This document shows, piece by piece, positions 36,930-46,100 of a stretch of 64,000 nucleotides of DNA. Source of the DNA: Candidatus Poseidoniaceae archaeon (GTDB lineage: Archaea; Thermoplasmatota; Poseidoniia; Poseidoniales; Poseidoniaceae); NCBI GenBank assembly GCA_943789275.1, contig CALSTM010000003.1, forward strand, positions 160,489-224,488, given 5' to 3'. The stretch's first letter is position 1. Every line of letters starts with the position of its first letter. Both the position numbers and the translations under genes were made by a program. The notes under the pieces are model-generated. The model was not told the origin of the DNA. It ran no database searches and was given only the letters and a program-made list of their open reading frames with translations.

Positions 36930-38468
36930 ATGAGCGCTATGGCTGCAAAGGGAAGTAAGTCAACCGAATCGGATGCTTTTATTCCGCTCCCGGACCCTTA
37001 CGGTGAGGGTTTTGAGTACTCTGAAGACCCGATTGAAAACACTCGTAATCAATGGAGTGTTCTGGAGAACCGCCGGCTTAAAGCTGGCCGAGTTGCACGT
37101 CATCCGATTTTGATGCTTTGGAGAACCATGAGCGGTTTTTCTTTGGCGGTTTTTGCGTTTGCCAGCCTACTTTATGCTCCAGTCATCGAGTCCCTTAACG
37201 GTTTGATTTTCATTCTTATCCCGCTGATGTTGATGGCTGTAGCACCGACTGTAGTTGCCGGTGAATCGGCGTGGCAAGCAATGCAAGCAAGAATTTCCCT
37301 GCGTGAACAAGGTGGCGTTCGTAAGGGCAAAAAGCACGCTTTACGGGCTCAACCTGGTATGGACCGTATTCTGGAAAGTCTCAACGACCAACGCCGAAAT
37401 AACTTGGTACTGGCCCTTCTTTCGTCGTTAACCGTCGTCCTGTTGATGCTTGCATCGGCTGTGACTTCGAATTCTCTGGCATGGAACTTGGCTCTTCTCA
37501 TAGCAATGACGCTTGGCATCGCCCAAACGTTTCACGGTTTCTTTTCATACGGTTTCATCCGCCAACTCGGAGACCCTTTTCCATCCATTGTTTTTCACGC
37601 ACCTACACACCATCCAACCCAATTAGGCAGTGTGTTGGGGGATTTATTGGTGGCTCATTTAGACCCAGACCTGTATTTGGAATGGGAGGAATGGCAGAAA
37701 ATGTTCCGCAAGGCAATGATTCCCGGTCATATCACAAAGCAAGCCTTGGAGCGATTGCTCTACATTTTGCACCTTCATATGGAAGAGGAATTAACCACTC
37801 AGGTGGCTTATGAAGAACTCAAGTCTTTTCTTTCGGAAGACCGATTTGAAAAGCTCTTACTCGATGAAGCAGCCAGATTTAATTGGCGGACAATCCAGCG
37901 GCTTATCGCCCATTCCAGGGGTTGGCAGCCTGAAGCCTTCTTGTTGCTCGATCGTCTTCAAAACGATTTGCTCTCAGGGGCGCCTCCACTCCTTCGTGCT
38001 GAATGGCGTATGGATGTGGCTTTGGACGACAATTGCTATGAAGGGTCAGGAAATTTATTCATCGCTTTGAACAACCAAACGTTCGAATCCCGGGCGGTTC
38101 GCGTTGAGGTTTTGACTCCGAACGGGGAGCCTGAAACCAGAGACCATAGATTCGAGTTAAGTGCCTGCCCGCCTCCAAAAAGTTCAGTTTTGCTCTCACA
38201 TCCGGTTGAGGACGACGCTCTGGATTGGATACCCCGCTACTTGGAGCGAGGCGTTGTTCTGTGGATTGGTGTTGCTTGGCCTCGAAGTTTCCAAGGACCG
38301 GTAGACGTACAGGTCATTCTTCGTGATGACGAGGGGATTGTTCTGGAATCGCAAGTCATTCGAACGATTGTTCGCCGGTCCGCTGGGCGCCAAATCAACA
38401 AGAGAATGCACAAACTTGAAGACGCTCGGAAACAAGGCGACCTTCCACTCCCAAAGGTTGTACTTTGA
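36930..38468 (+). CDS. hypothetical membrane protein with large C-terminal soluble domain
   Basis: ATG 36930 (the 36810 start is TTG and overlaps the upstream gene). Four TM helices within the first roughly 220 aa, then a roughly 300-aa soluble domain. Confidence 0.45.
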   Translation: MSAMAAKGSKSTESDAFIPLPDPYGEGFEYSEDPIENTRNQWSVLENRRLKAGRVARHPILMLWRTMSGFSLAVFAFASLLYAPVIESLNGLIFILIPLMLMAVAPTVVAGESAWQAMQARISLREQGGVRKGKKHALRAQPGMDRILESLNDQRRNNLVLALLSSLTVVLLMLASAVTSNSLAWNLALLIAMTLGIAQTFHGFFSYGFIRQLGDPFPSIVFHAPTHHPTQLGSVLGDLLVAHLDPDLYLEWEEWQKMFRKAMIPGHITKQALERLLYILHLHMEEELTTQVAYEELKSFLSEDRFEKLLLDEAARFNWRTIQRLIAHSRGWQPEAFLLLDRLQNDLLSGAPPLLRAEWRMDVALDDNCYEGSGNLFIALNNQTFESRAVRVEVLTPNGEPETRDHRFELSACPPPKSSVLLSHPVEDDALDWIPRYLERGVVLWIGVAWPRSFQGPVDVQVILRDDEGIVLESQVIRTIVRRSAGRQINKRMHKLEDARKQGDLPLPKVVL

Positions 38469-38545
38469 ACAATGAACGTCACTTTCATGTTCAGTTCTTA
38501 CCTTAGCTTGGCATTGAGATTGCAGGTCGGGGAAGCGCGGTGCTT

Positions 38546-40210
38546 ATGGATGGGGGGCACTTGGGTTTGTTTACCGGATGTGGAACCTTGGAAGCATGGG
38601 ATGTCATCGTATTAGGCGACGGGCCTGCAGCCCTCCGTTCTGCAGCAGAATCGGCAAAGACAGGAGCCTCAACATTGTTGCTCTGTGACAATGCTCTGGG
38701 CAGTTCTTCACATTTTGCTCAAGATGGTCTTGCTGCGCCTCTTCTAGAATCGAATAATCGCGACCATCGTGAAGACACAATTCGCTCGGGGGCATTCCTC
38801 AACGACCAAGATATCGTTTCCCTGCGTACCGCTGCTGCTACACGGCAAGTGGATTTGCTCGAACGCTGGGGTCTCACTTTCCGTCGTGATGCTCAAGGCC
38901 TCCCAATGGCTCGAAAGGCGCTCGGTCACGGAAAGGCACGCAATGCTGATGCAGGCGATGCTACGGGTCGTGAAATCCAACAAATTCTGGAAGAGCAATG
39001 CATGAGACACGGCGTCACTCGCCGCGGCGATCACCTCCCTCTTTCCTTGATTCATACCAATGAATCCGTGAGTGGCCTCACCGTACTTGATACGGTGAAT
39101 GGACGCATTTCGGCATTGCAAGCCAAAGCAATCATCATTGCAGATGGAGGATTCGAAGGAGCGTTCACCCACGGCCAAGTCGGTTTGGGGTTGGACCTTG
39201 CTCTGCGCGCCGGTGTACCGTTGCGGGATATGGAGTTCATTGCTCATTCACCGCTTGGAATCAAAGATACCAACCTCATGCTGCCGCTCGGTCTCTTGCA
39301 TGACGGCGCAACGCTCCATGAAGCCAGTGGCGCGGACATCGAGTTTGGAGACTCATCGCTTGATGAAGTGTGCCAAATGATTTCAAATGCAAAACAACCG
39401 GTTCTTGACGCTCGAAACCTAGGAGACTCATCGGGATGGTGGAATGCCGTTTTCCGTAGCGTTAAGCAACGAACAGGAGTCGACATGTCCCGTCAAACGG
39501 TCGCTATTGAATCCCGTCCATATGCTACCATTGGCGGCATAACCGTCGACGACCACGGCCGAGCCATTCTTTCGACTTGGTCACGGTGGTTCACTGGGTT
39601 ATACGCAGCAGGTGACGCATCTTGCTCTGGATTCCATGGAGCAGACATTTTGCCAGGAAATCGTATGCTGGATGCGGTCATTGGTGGAGCTGCTGCCGGC
39701 GCCCACGCAGGACAGTGGGTCAAGAACCGACAATTTGCGAATGCTCAGGCTGCACACGATGCAGAACAAGCCGCTCAAGCAGATTATTCGGCGATTTCAG
39801 AACCTTCCGACGAAGGCGTTGTGCGTGTTGGACATGCGGTGACAAAAGTTCGAGATGCTGTGCAGTCCTCACTGGGCATGAATCGAGATGCTGACGGCCT
39901 CACCTCTCTCATTGAAACATTGGAAGCGGCCTCGCTCCTCGCAGAATCAATCCACGTCGACCAGTCTTCGTTGATTGCGAACATGAATCTCGTCGAGATT
40001 GCTCGGGTTCAGGCTTCTGCTCGACTTTCACTTGCTGCTGCTCAATCTGCACTTGCTCGAAAAGAATCTCGTGGCAGCCACCACCGTTCTGATTTCTCCG
40101 AATCCAGCGAAGACCATCTTCACCACTATACTGTGAACCAAAAGGGAGAAGTGAACACACTCGCTCTCCGTAAGAGTAAATCCGGTAACTGGATTCTTCC
40201 TCCGCAATGA
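38546..40210 (+). CDS. FAD-dependent flavoprotein of the succinate dehydrogenase/fumarate reductase/L-aspartate oxidase family
   Basis: DVIVLGDGPAALRSAAESAKTG FAD fold. RESRGSHHRSDF matches the SdhA/NadB RESRGAHxR motif. ATG 38546 (the 38540 start is GTG). Confidence 0.65.
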   Translation: MDGGHLGLFTGCGTLEAWDVIVLGDGPAALRSAAESAKTGASTLLLCDNALGSSSHFAQDGLAAPLLESNNRDHREDTIRSGAFLNDQDIVSLRTAAATRQVDLLERWGLTFRRDAQGLPMARKALGHGKARNADAGDATGREIQQILEEQCMRHGVTRRGDHLPLSLIHTNESVSGLTVLDTVNGRISALQAKAIIIADGGFEGAFTHGQVGLGLDLALRAGVPLRDMEFIAHSPLGIKDTNLMLPLGLLHDGATLHEASGADIEFGDSSLDEVCQMISNAKQPVLDARNLGDSSGWWNAVFRSVKQRTGVDMSRQTVAIESRPYATIGGITVDDHGRAILSTWSRWFTGLYAAGDASCSGFHGADILPGNRMLDAVIGGAAAGAHAGQWVKNRQFANAQAAHDAEQAAQADYSAISEPSDEGVVRVGHAVTKVRDAVQSSLGMNRDADGLTSLIETLEAASLLAESIHVDQSSLIANMNLVEIARVQASARLSLAAAQSALARKESRGSHHRSDFSESSEDHLHHYTVNQKGEVNTLALRKSKSGNWILPPQ

Positions 40211-40268
40211 GCCATAATCTCGGCTCGACCGGTGAATCACTGAAAAGGTAAAACCTCGCGGCAAGGTC

Positions 40269-40709
40269 ATGGGCGTGCCGACTTTGTTCGACCGAATCAT
40301 CAGCGGCGAGGTGCCTTCACATCGAGTTGCTGAAGGTGAGCATTGGTATGCGTTCCTCGATATTTTCCCTCGATGCCAAGGCCACACGCTTGTGGTTCCA
40401 AAGCAGAGCGTCCAACATATCTCATCGCTTTCACAGGCATCAAGAAGCGCTATGTTTGAAGGGGTCGTCGAGGTACAGCGTCGCCTAAGCCTCTATTTTT
40501 CAACCTCCGATTTCACCGTCTGCGTTCACGATGGACCTCTCGCAGGTCAAGAGGTGCCTCATGTCCACGTCCATGTTTTACCACGGCAACCGGGTGATGG
40601 CGGCTTAACCCTCCATTCAATGTGGCCACATTCGCCTCCAATCGGTGGCGAAATCGACCACAGTTCACTTGCCCTTCTCTCGGAGCAACTGCGCGAGGTG
40701 GACCAATGA
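40269..40709 (+). CDS. HIT-family (histidine triad) hydrolase
   Basis: HVHVHVLPR histidine triad motif. N-terminal FDRIISGEVPSHRV is typical of HIT proteins. Confidence 0.7.
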   Translation: MGVPTLFDRIISGEVPSHRVAEGEHWYAFLDIFPRCQGHTLVVPKQSVQHISSLSQASRSAMFEGVVEVQRRLSLYFSTSDFTVCVHDGPLAGQEVPHVHVHVLPRQPGDGGLTLHSMWPHSPPIGGEIDHSSLALLSEQLREVDQ

Positions 40710-42328
40710 GTCAACCAATCAATGATGGAGCGACCGACCACCGAGGCGATAAATTGCCCGAATTGTCCAAATCGGCGAAAAATATGCGGATGGATAAGTT
40801 ACTGTCTGCTCCAATGCCAAAGTTCGACGGAAATACCCCCGGTTCACCCTTCTGGTCTGGCGTTGCGTATTGGATTGCTCGCCGTATATTAGCCGCCCAA
40901 TTTAGGACAAGTGAGGTTTCAGGAAAAGAGACACTTCCTTTGGACCGAGGGAATCTCTGCTGTGCTTGGCACACAAATGGACTCATGGATCCGTTGCAAA
41001 TCGTACTCAAGCACCCCAAGAATTTCGTCATGGGTGGGCGGCATGACCTGGTTACGCGTCCTTTGTTGAGTTGGTGGACTCGTAAATTGGCGGTGCAACC
41101 GGTCGTAAGAAAGGCCGAATTACTGCGAGGTGGATGCAGTGAAGAAGAGGCGACTCAGATAAATGGGCGTTCTTTGATGATGCTTTCCAAAGGAATTTCC
41201 TCAGGCTTTGGTTGCGTTTTATTTCCAGAAGGAACCAGCCATGACGAGTCTTCTATGTTGCGATTCCGAACAGGTCCTTTCCGTACCGTTTTTGCAGCCG
41301 CTGCACTGGCAAAAGCAAGCAATAAAACCCTTCCTGCCGTCATCCCCATCGGTTTGCATTTTAGAGAGCGGGAAAAGTTCCGCACGGATGTCTGGGTTGA
41401 ATACGGTTTGCCACACAACCTGTCTGAAGGGGAAATACCACTCGATTTAGTTCAGGCAGTATCGCAAGGGAAGTGGGTCGAACCTCCAGCAGAAAATGTC
41501 TTTGCGTTGCGCGATAAACTCCGTACGCGTTTGGTTCCGCTTACTCCGAATACCGCTTCTTGGGAAGAATACGACGCTCTCCATTTGATGGGCCATGTCG
41601 AATCTCGGCGCACCAACCAACCGCTTATTTCATGGCGAGAAGAAGTACAATCAGCACGCGCCTTACGCACTCTTTTGCAGCATCAACTCACCGAACAAGA
41701 AGTCATCGATAATACACCGGTGCCGGAGATTGTTCACCCTGCGCTCGGCCCTGCCAAAGCGGTGGCAAGTATTCTCAAAGAAAGCCAATTGGATGGGCGT
41801 GACATCAACTCCACGGGGACAGACTTGCGCCGAGTGGAGCTGTTTTCACTGGTGAAAAAATTCGTTCGACTCCCCTTATTGCTTACGCTCTTACCTCTTT
41901 TCATCTATTCCTTTACACCACAAATAGCAATGGGCAGAATACTTGGTGATTCAACCGATGAGGGGCTTGATGCTCGAACTTCGTACCATTTCTTGGCGGC
42001 CATGTTTGGTTCGTTGATGTTCTGGCCGTTCATGGCTTTGGGTCTGTTGGGCCTTGAACATTTGAATCATGAAGCAATTGTGTCGCTGCTTGGATTTGAC
42101 TGGTTAACATTCATTGGCACGACCACGCTTCATCAGAACTTAGCTCGAGCAGCGTTTACATTGACCCTCTTTCCCCTTTTCTGGCTTTGCGGCCGAACAT
42201 CGACTCTGTTGTGGGATGATTGGTGCGATTTGAAGCGGGCTTTGCGCCGCTTCCGCTTCAACAGTACGAAACGACAAAATCTTCGTGGGGCACTCAAAAT
42301 CCTCCATTCTGAGATGGATAAACTGTGA
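40706..42328 (+). CDS. PlsC-type (lysophospholipid/glycerol-3-phosphate) acyltransferase with C-terminal multi-TM domain
   Basis: ATG 40706 overlaps the HIT stop (ATGA). Acyltransferase block I region CCAWHTNGLMDP (H...D) and block III LFPEGTSHDES. Roughly 150 C-terminal residues form four or more TM helices. Confidence 0.55.
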   Translation: MSQPINDGATDHRGDKLPELSKSAKNMRMDKLLSAPMPKFDGNTPGSPFWSGVAYWIARRILAAQFRTSEVSGKETLPLDRGNLCCAWHTNGLMDPLQIVLKHPKNFVMGGRHDLVTRPLLSWWTRKLAVQPVVRKAELLRGGCSEEEATQINGRSLMMLSKGISSGFGCVLFPEGTSHDESSMLRFRTGPFRTVFAAAALAKASNKTLPAVIPIGLHFREREKFRTDVWVEYGLPHNLSEGEIPLDLVQAVSQGKWVEPPAENVFALRDKLRTRLVPLTPNTASWEEYDALHLMGHVESRRTNQPLISWREEVQSARALRTLLQHQLTEQEVIDNTPVPEIVHPALGPAKAVASILKESQLDGRDINSTGTDLRRVELFSLVKKFVRLPLLLTLLPLFIYSFTPQIAMGRILGDSTDEGLDARTSYHFLAAMFGSLMFWPFMALGLLGLEHLNHEAIVSLLGFDWLTFIGTTTLHQNLARAAFTLTLFPLFWLCGRTSTLLWDDWCDLKRALRRFRFNSTKRQNLRGALKILHSEMDKL

Positions 42329-42370
42329 TTCTTTGCAAGGGTTCGGTTCAAACGAGAGGAGTGTCTCGGA

Positions 42371-43024
42371 TTGAGCATGGGGAGTGGGGATGCGCAACTC
42401 AATATACGCCAATGGCTCAAGCAAGAACGTCTTGTTGCCAAAGAACAAAAAGACCCGAGAGCAGAGATGCATTTGTTGATTCGGTATCCACAAGGCCCAC
42501 AAGGACACATGTTCGCAGTCGTCATTCCGAAGGGCCGAGACTTGGTCGCGGTTTCAAGCATGACTCGTGTGGATGAAGGCCAGCAAAAAGAGATGGCATC
42601 TCACATGAAAGAAGACAAAGAAACGTGGCTTGAATGGATTCATGATGTCCGTCTTCAATTGATTCGAACCAGTGTTGATTGGGGGATCCACATGGGCCAT
42701 GAAGGTGATCAGAAAACAGGACCACTCCAAGCGTTTAATGTCAGCCTACCCGTCTGGTTTGATGGTCTAACCAAAAATGAATTTATGCACACACTCCGTC
42801 GCCTTTGGCTTGCCAAACTTGGCGTTATCCACGAAATTAAGTTCACACACGGACCAGGCGTAGGAAAACCTGGCCCTGTTGATGATTGGGTGAAAGCAAA
42901 GCAAGAAGGCAAGGCATCACCTGTAACTTCAGACGAAGTTTCTGAGCAGTCTTCACACCATGAAATTGAGTTCGATGAAAAGATGTCCTTTGGCTCCGGT
43001 TTCGACCCCTCTGAATGGGCTTAA
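42371..43024 (+). CDS. hypothetical protein
   Basis: 217-aa ORF with a non-ATG (TTG) start at the track coordinate or ATG a few codons in. MHLLIRYPQGPQGHMFAVVIPKGRDLVAVSSM core. Family uncertain (possibly DUF2299-like). Confidence 0.4.
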   Translation: MSMGSGDAQLNIRQWLKQERLVAKEQKDPRAEMHLLIRYPQGPQGHMFAVVIPKGRDLVAVSSMTRVDEGQQKEMASHMKEDKETWLEWIHDVRLQLIRTSVDWGIHMGHEGDQKTGPLQAFNVSLPVWFDGLTKNEFMHTLRRLWLAKLGVIHEIKFTHGPGVGKPGPVDDWVKAKQEGKASPVTSDEVSEQSSHHEIEFDEKMSFGSGFDPSEWA

Positions 43025-43134
43025 GCGAGCATAATTTGTCTTCGTCCTGCGACGGTAAAATATGACATGTAACAGTCGCGGTTAAGTACCATAAGATTGT
43101 GCTTTTTCTTAGTCTAACCTAAGGATGTGTATTT

Positions 43135-46100
43135 ATGGGTCAAAAAATAAAGTCAGTCAGTCTTGTATCAATCATGTTGCTTTCCGTCATGTCGACGCTC
43201 TTCTTGGCGTCTCTTACCGCAACAGCGAACACCGTCGTCATCACCGAAGCAATTCAAATCGTTGACGGAGGAACTTCATCCGATACTCAAACTTCAGTCG
43301 GCTCTGACAGTGAAGGAAACGTTCACGTCGTTTGGACTCGGAACAACCTTCACCTCTACTACTCGATGATTTCTCCTCGTGGTGACACCTTGATTGACAC
43401 CACGCAGATTTCAAACCCAGGTCTTCACAAAATCTGGCACCCAGACATGGTTGTTGACGAAAACGACAAGATTCACGTTGTTTGGGCTGATAAGTCAGGC
43501 CAACACAAAATCATGTACACCGTCCTCAACCCTTGGGCATCATCCATGGACGGCATGGCCTCAGACGATGGAACACTTTCTGCAATTGACGACTACGTTG
43601 TCTCAAGCCGTGCGCAAAACCGCGACTGGCCAGCAATCGACATTGACAGCCAAGGCGGCGTTCATATTGTCTGGGAAGATTCCTACGACTCAGAAGGCAA
43701 GTTCTTCAGCCAACCACAGATCTACTACACCATGTTGTCACCAGATATCAGCAGTGGCGCAGTCATTGTCAATTTTGACGATACCCTTCTGACTCCAATC
43801 ATTGGTCACAAAGGCCACCCTGACGTCGTCGTTGACGCAAACGATTACGTCCAAATCGCTTGGGACGACACCCGAGGTGGAAAGGTCGAGCTCAGTTTCA
43901 TCGTTGACACCTCCGGTTCCATGTACTCGGAATGGGCGGACATCTGTACCGTTGTTTACGGTGGGAACTTTGCTTCCGGCGGTTACTTCCAAGGTATCAA
44001 GCCAATGCTTGAAACCGCAAACATGACTGTTTACGAAACCATCTACGGTCTTGGAAATACACTCCCTGGTGCTGCAAGTTCAGGTAACTGCGCTGGTAAG
44101 AACCAAAATTCTGGCCCTCGCACAACGCCTTTGGGTCAAACACCAGGTGACGACTCTGGCGGTATTCGAAAGCTACCGGGGACCGTCTACAACGGCAACA
44201 CTTACTCCGGATATTCCGGTGAAGATTGGGGCCCAGGAACCAACTGGGGTTGCCTTTCATGGAAAGACGCTCAAGGAAACGTCCCAGGAAACCCGCCAAC
44301 TCAAGACGACCACCGATGGAATCCAAACGCAACAAAGATCATCATTCCAGTTTCAGACGAAGGTCCGAAAGACGGTGACCCATCTCAACAAGCAGATGAC
44401 CTGACCTCTATTGAAGAGGCGCACGACAACTGTATCAACGCAGGAGTCATTCCAGTCGGTCTTTACGGACAAGGATACGGTGGAGCCGGTAACATCCAAT
44501 CCCACTTCATGGATTTAGTCCAATGTCCAAACAACGTCGTTTCGACCCAAACTCGAAACTGCCCAGGTAACACGCTACGAAGTTCAGACGCTGGTGGACA
44601 AGCCTATGAGTTCCCATCCGGAACCGGTGGAAACAACGCAATGGCTTTGCTTGTTGAAGCAATGGTTTACATCTCTACAAACAACTCTCGTGAAATCTAC
44701 ATGACTGTTCTGGACCCATACGGTAAGATGAACAACGACCCGTCTTGGACTCCAGGCGCAACAGGACACTCAGTTGTCAACGGCGAATACGTCGAAGATA
44801 CCGGTGCTGGTGCAGACGGCCACCTCGTGGTTGTCAACGACACCCGTGTCACCATTGACGATGCTTACTCGTTCCACCCATCGATTGGTGTTGACATGCA
44901 AGGCAACACCCACATTGCATGGATGGACGGCCGAAACTATGGATTTGAGAAGGCTGTGAACTACGAAGTGTTCTACACCAAACTCCGACTTCAAGGTGCA
45001 GGTGCGTGGGACGGTGCTGACCAAGGACTTTCCACCTACGCTATCAAGAAGATTCAGGATACTCCAATCTCGAATGTTGAAGGAAACGGTGGACTCCCTG
45101 GTAACCGGCCGTTTGGTGGAAACTCCGTATTCCCTGCTCTGCTTACTGATGACCAAAACAACGTTCACATTGCGTGGGTCGATTCAGGAAACGCAACTGC
45201 TGATGAAGAAATCATTTACACTCGCCTGAACTCTACTGACTTGACTGGGCCGGGCCTTACTGCTCTTGACCCTTGGGAAAACGTGCCCGTCACCTCATGG
45301 GCAAGCAACAAACTTGGGCCAAACTCTGGCAGTCAGCCGAGCATAGGCATGCCTCCAGCGTTTTCGAACGATTTGGGAAGTGGCGCGCATATCGCTTGGT
45401 CGGACACGAATAAATGCGGTGAAGACGCCAACAATAACCGCTTCACGATCTGTTATTCCCACGTTCTCACCGGTCAGGTTGACGTTGAATTCCAAGATGG
45501 AGAAACGTACTACCACGTTATCGAACCTGGTCAGCAAACCATCTACAACATGTCAATGAACAACTCGACCCCAGGTCCAAAAGACCTTGTCGCTGATACG
45601 TTCGGACTCAACATCTCTGGTGTTCCCCAAAACTGGACTGCTACACTGTTCTTTGCTGATAACCATACGACAATAATGCCAGACACGCCTATCTTCCTCG
45701 AAGGTGGAGAAGACATTCGCTTCTACATGCGAATTCGTGCTCCGTCGGTGTACCAAGCTGAAGCGGACCAGATTGCCGATATATCGGTGATTGCTAAATC
45801 GTACAAGGACCCTGCTATTCAGTCCGACCTCGTCACTCGTACGCTGATGGACGTTGTTCACGGCATAAACCTGGACACCTCCCACAGCATGGCAGACGTC
45901 GAACAAGGCCAAACTGCGATTTTCTCGATTACGATTACCAACACAGGCAACGTCAACGACCAATTCGTATTCTGGGACCCGTATACACTTGAAGGCCGCC
46001 AAGAGTGGCTGCTTCAATTCGGTTGGACTGTAAACTTCCCAACCAGTGTAGAATTAGACCCTGGACAATCCGTTACCAAGAACCTCGAAGTCTTCGTCCC

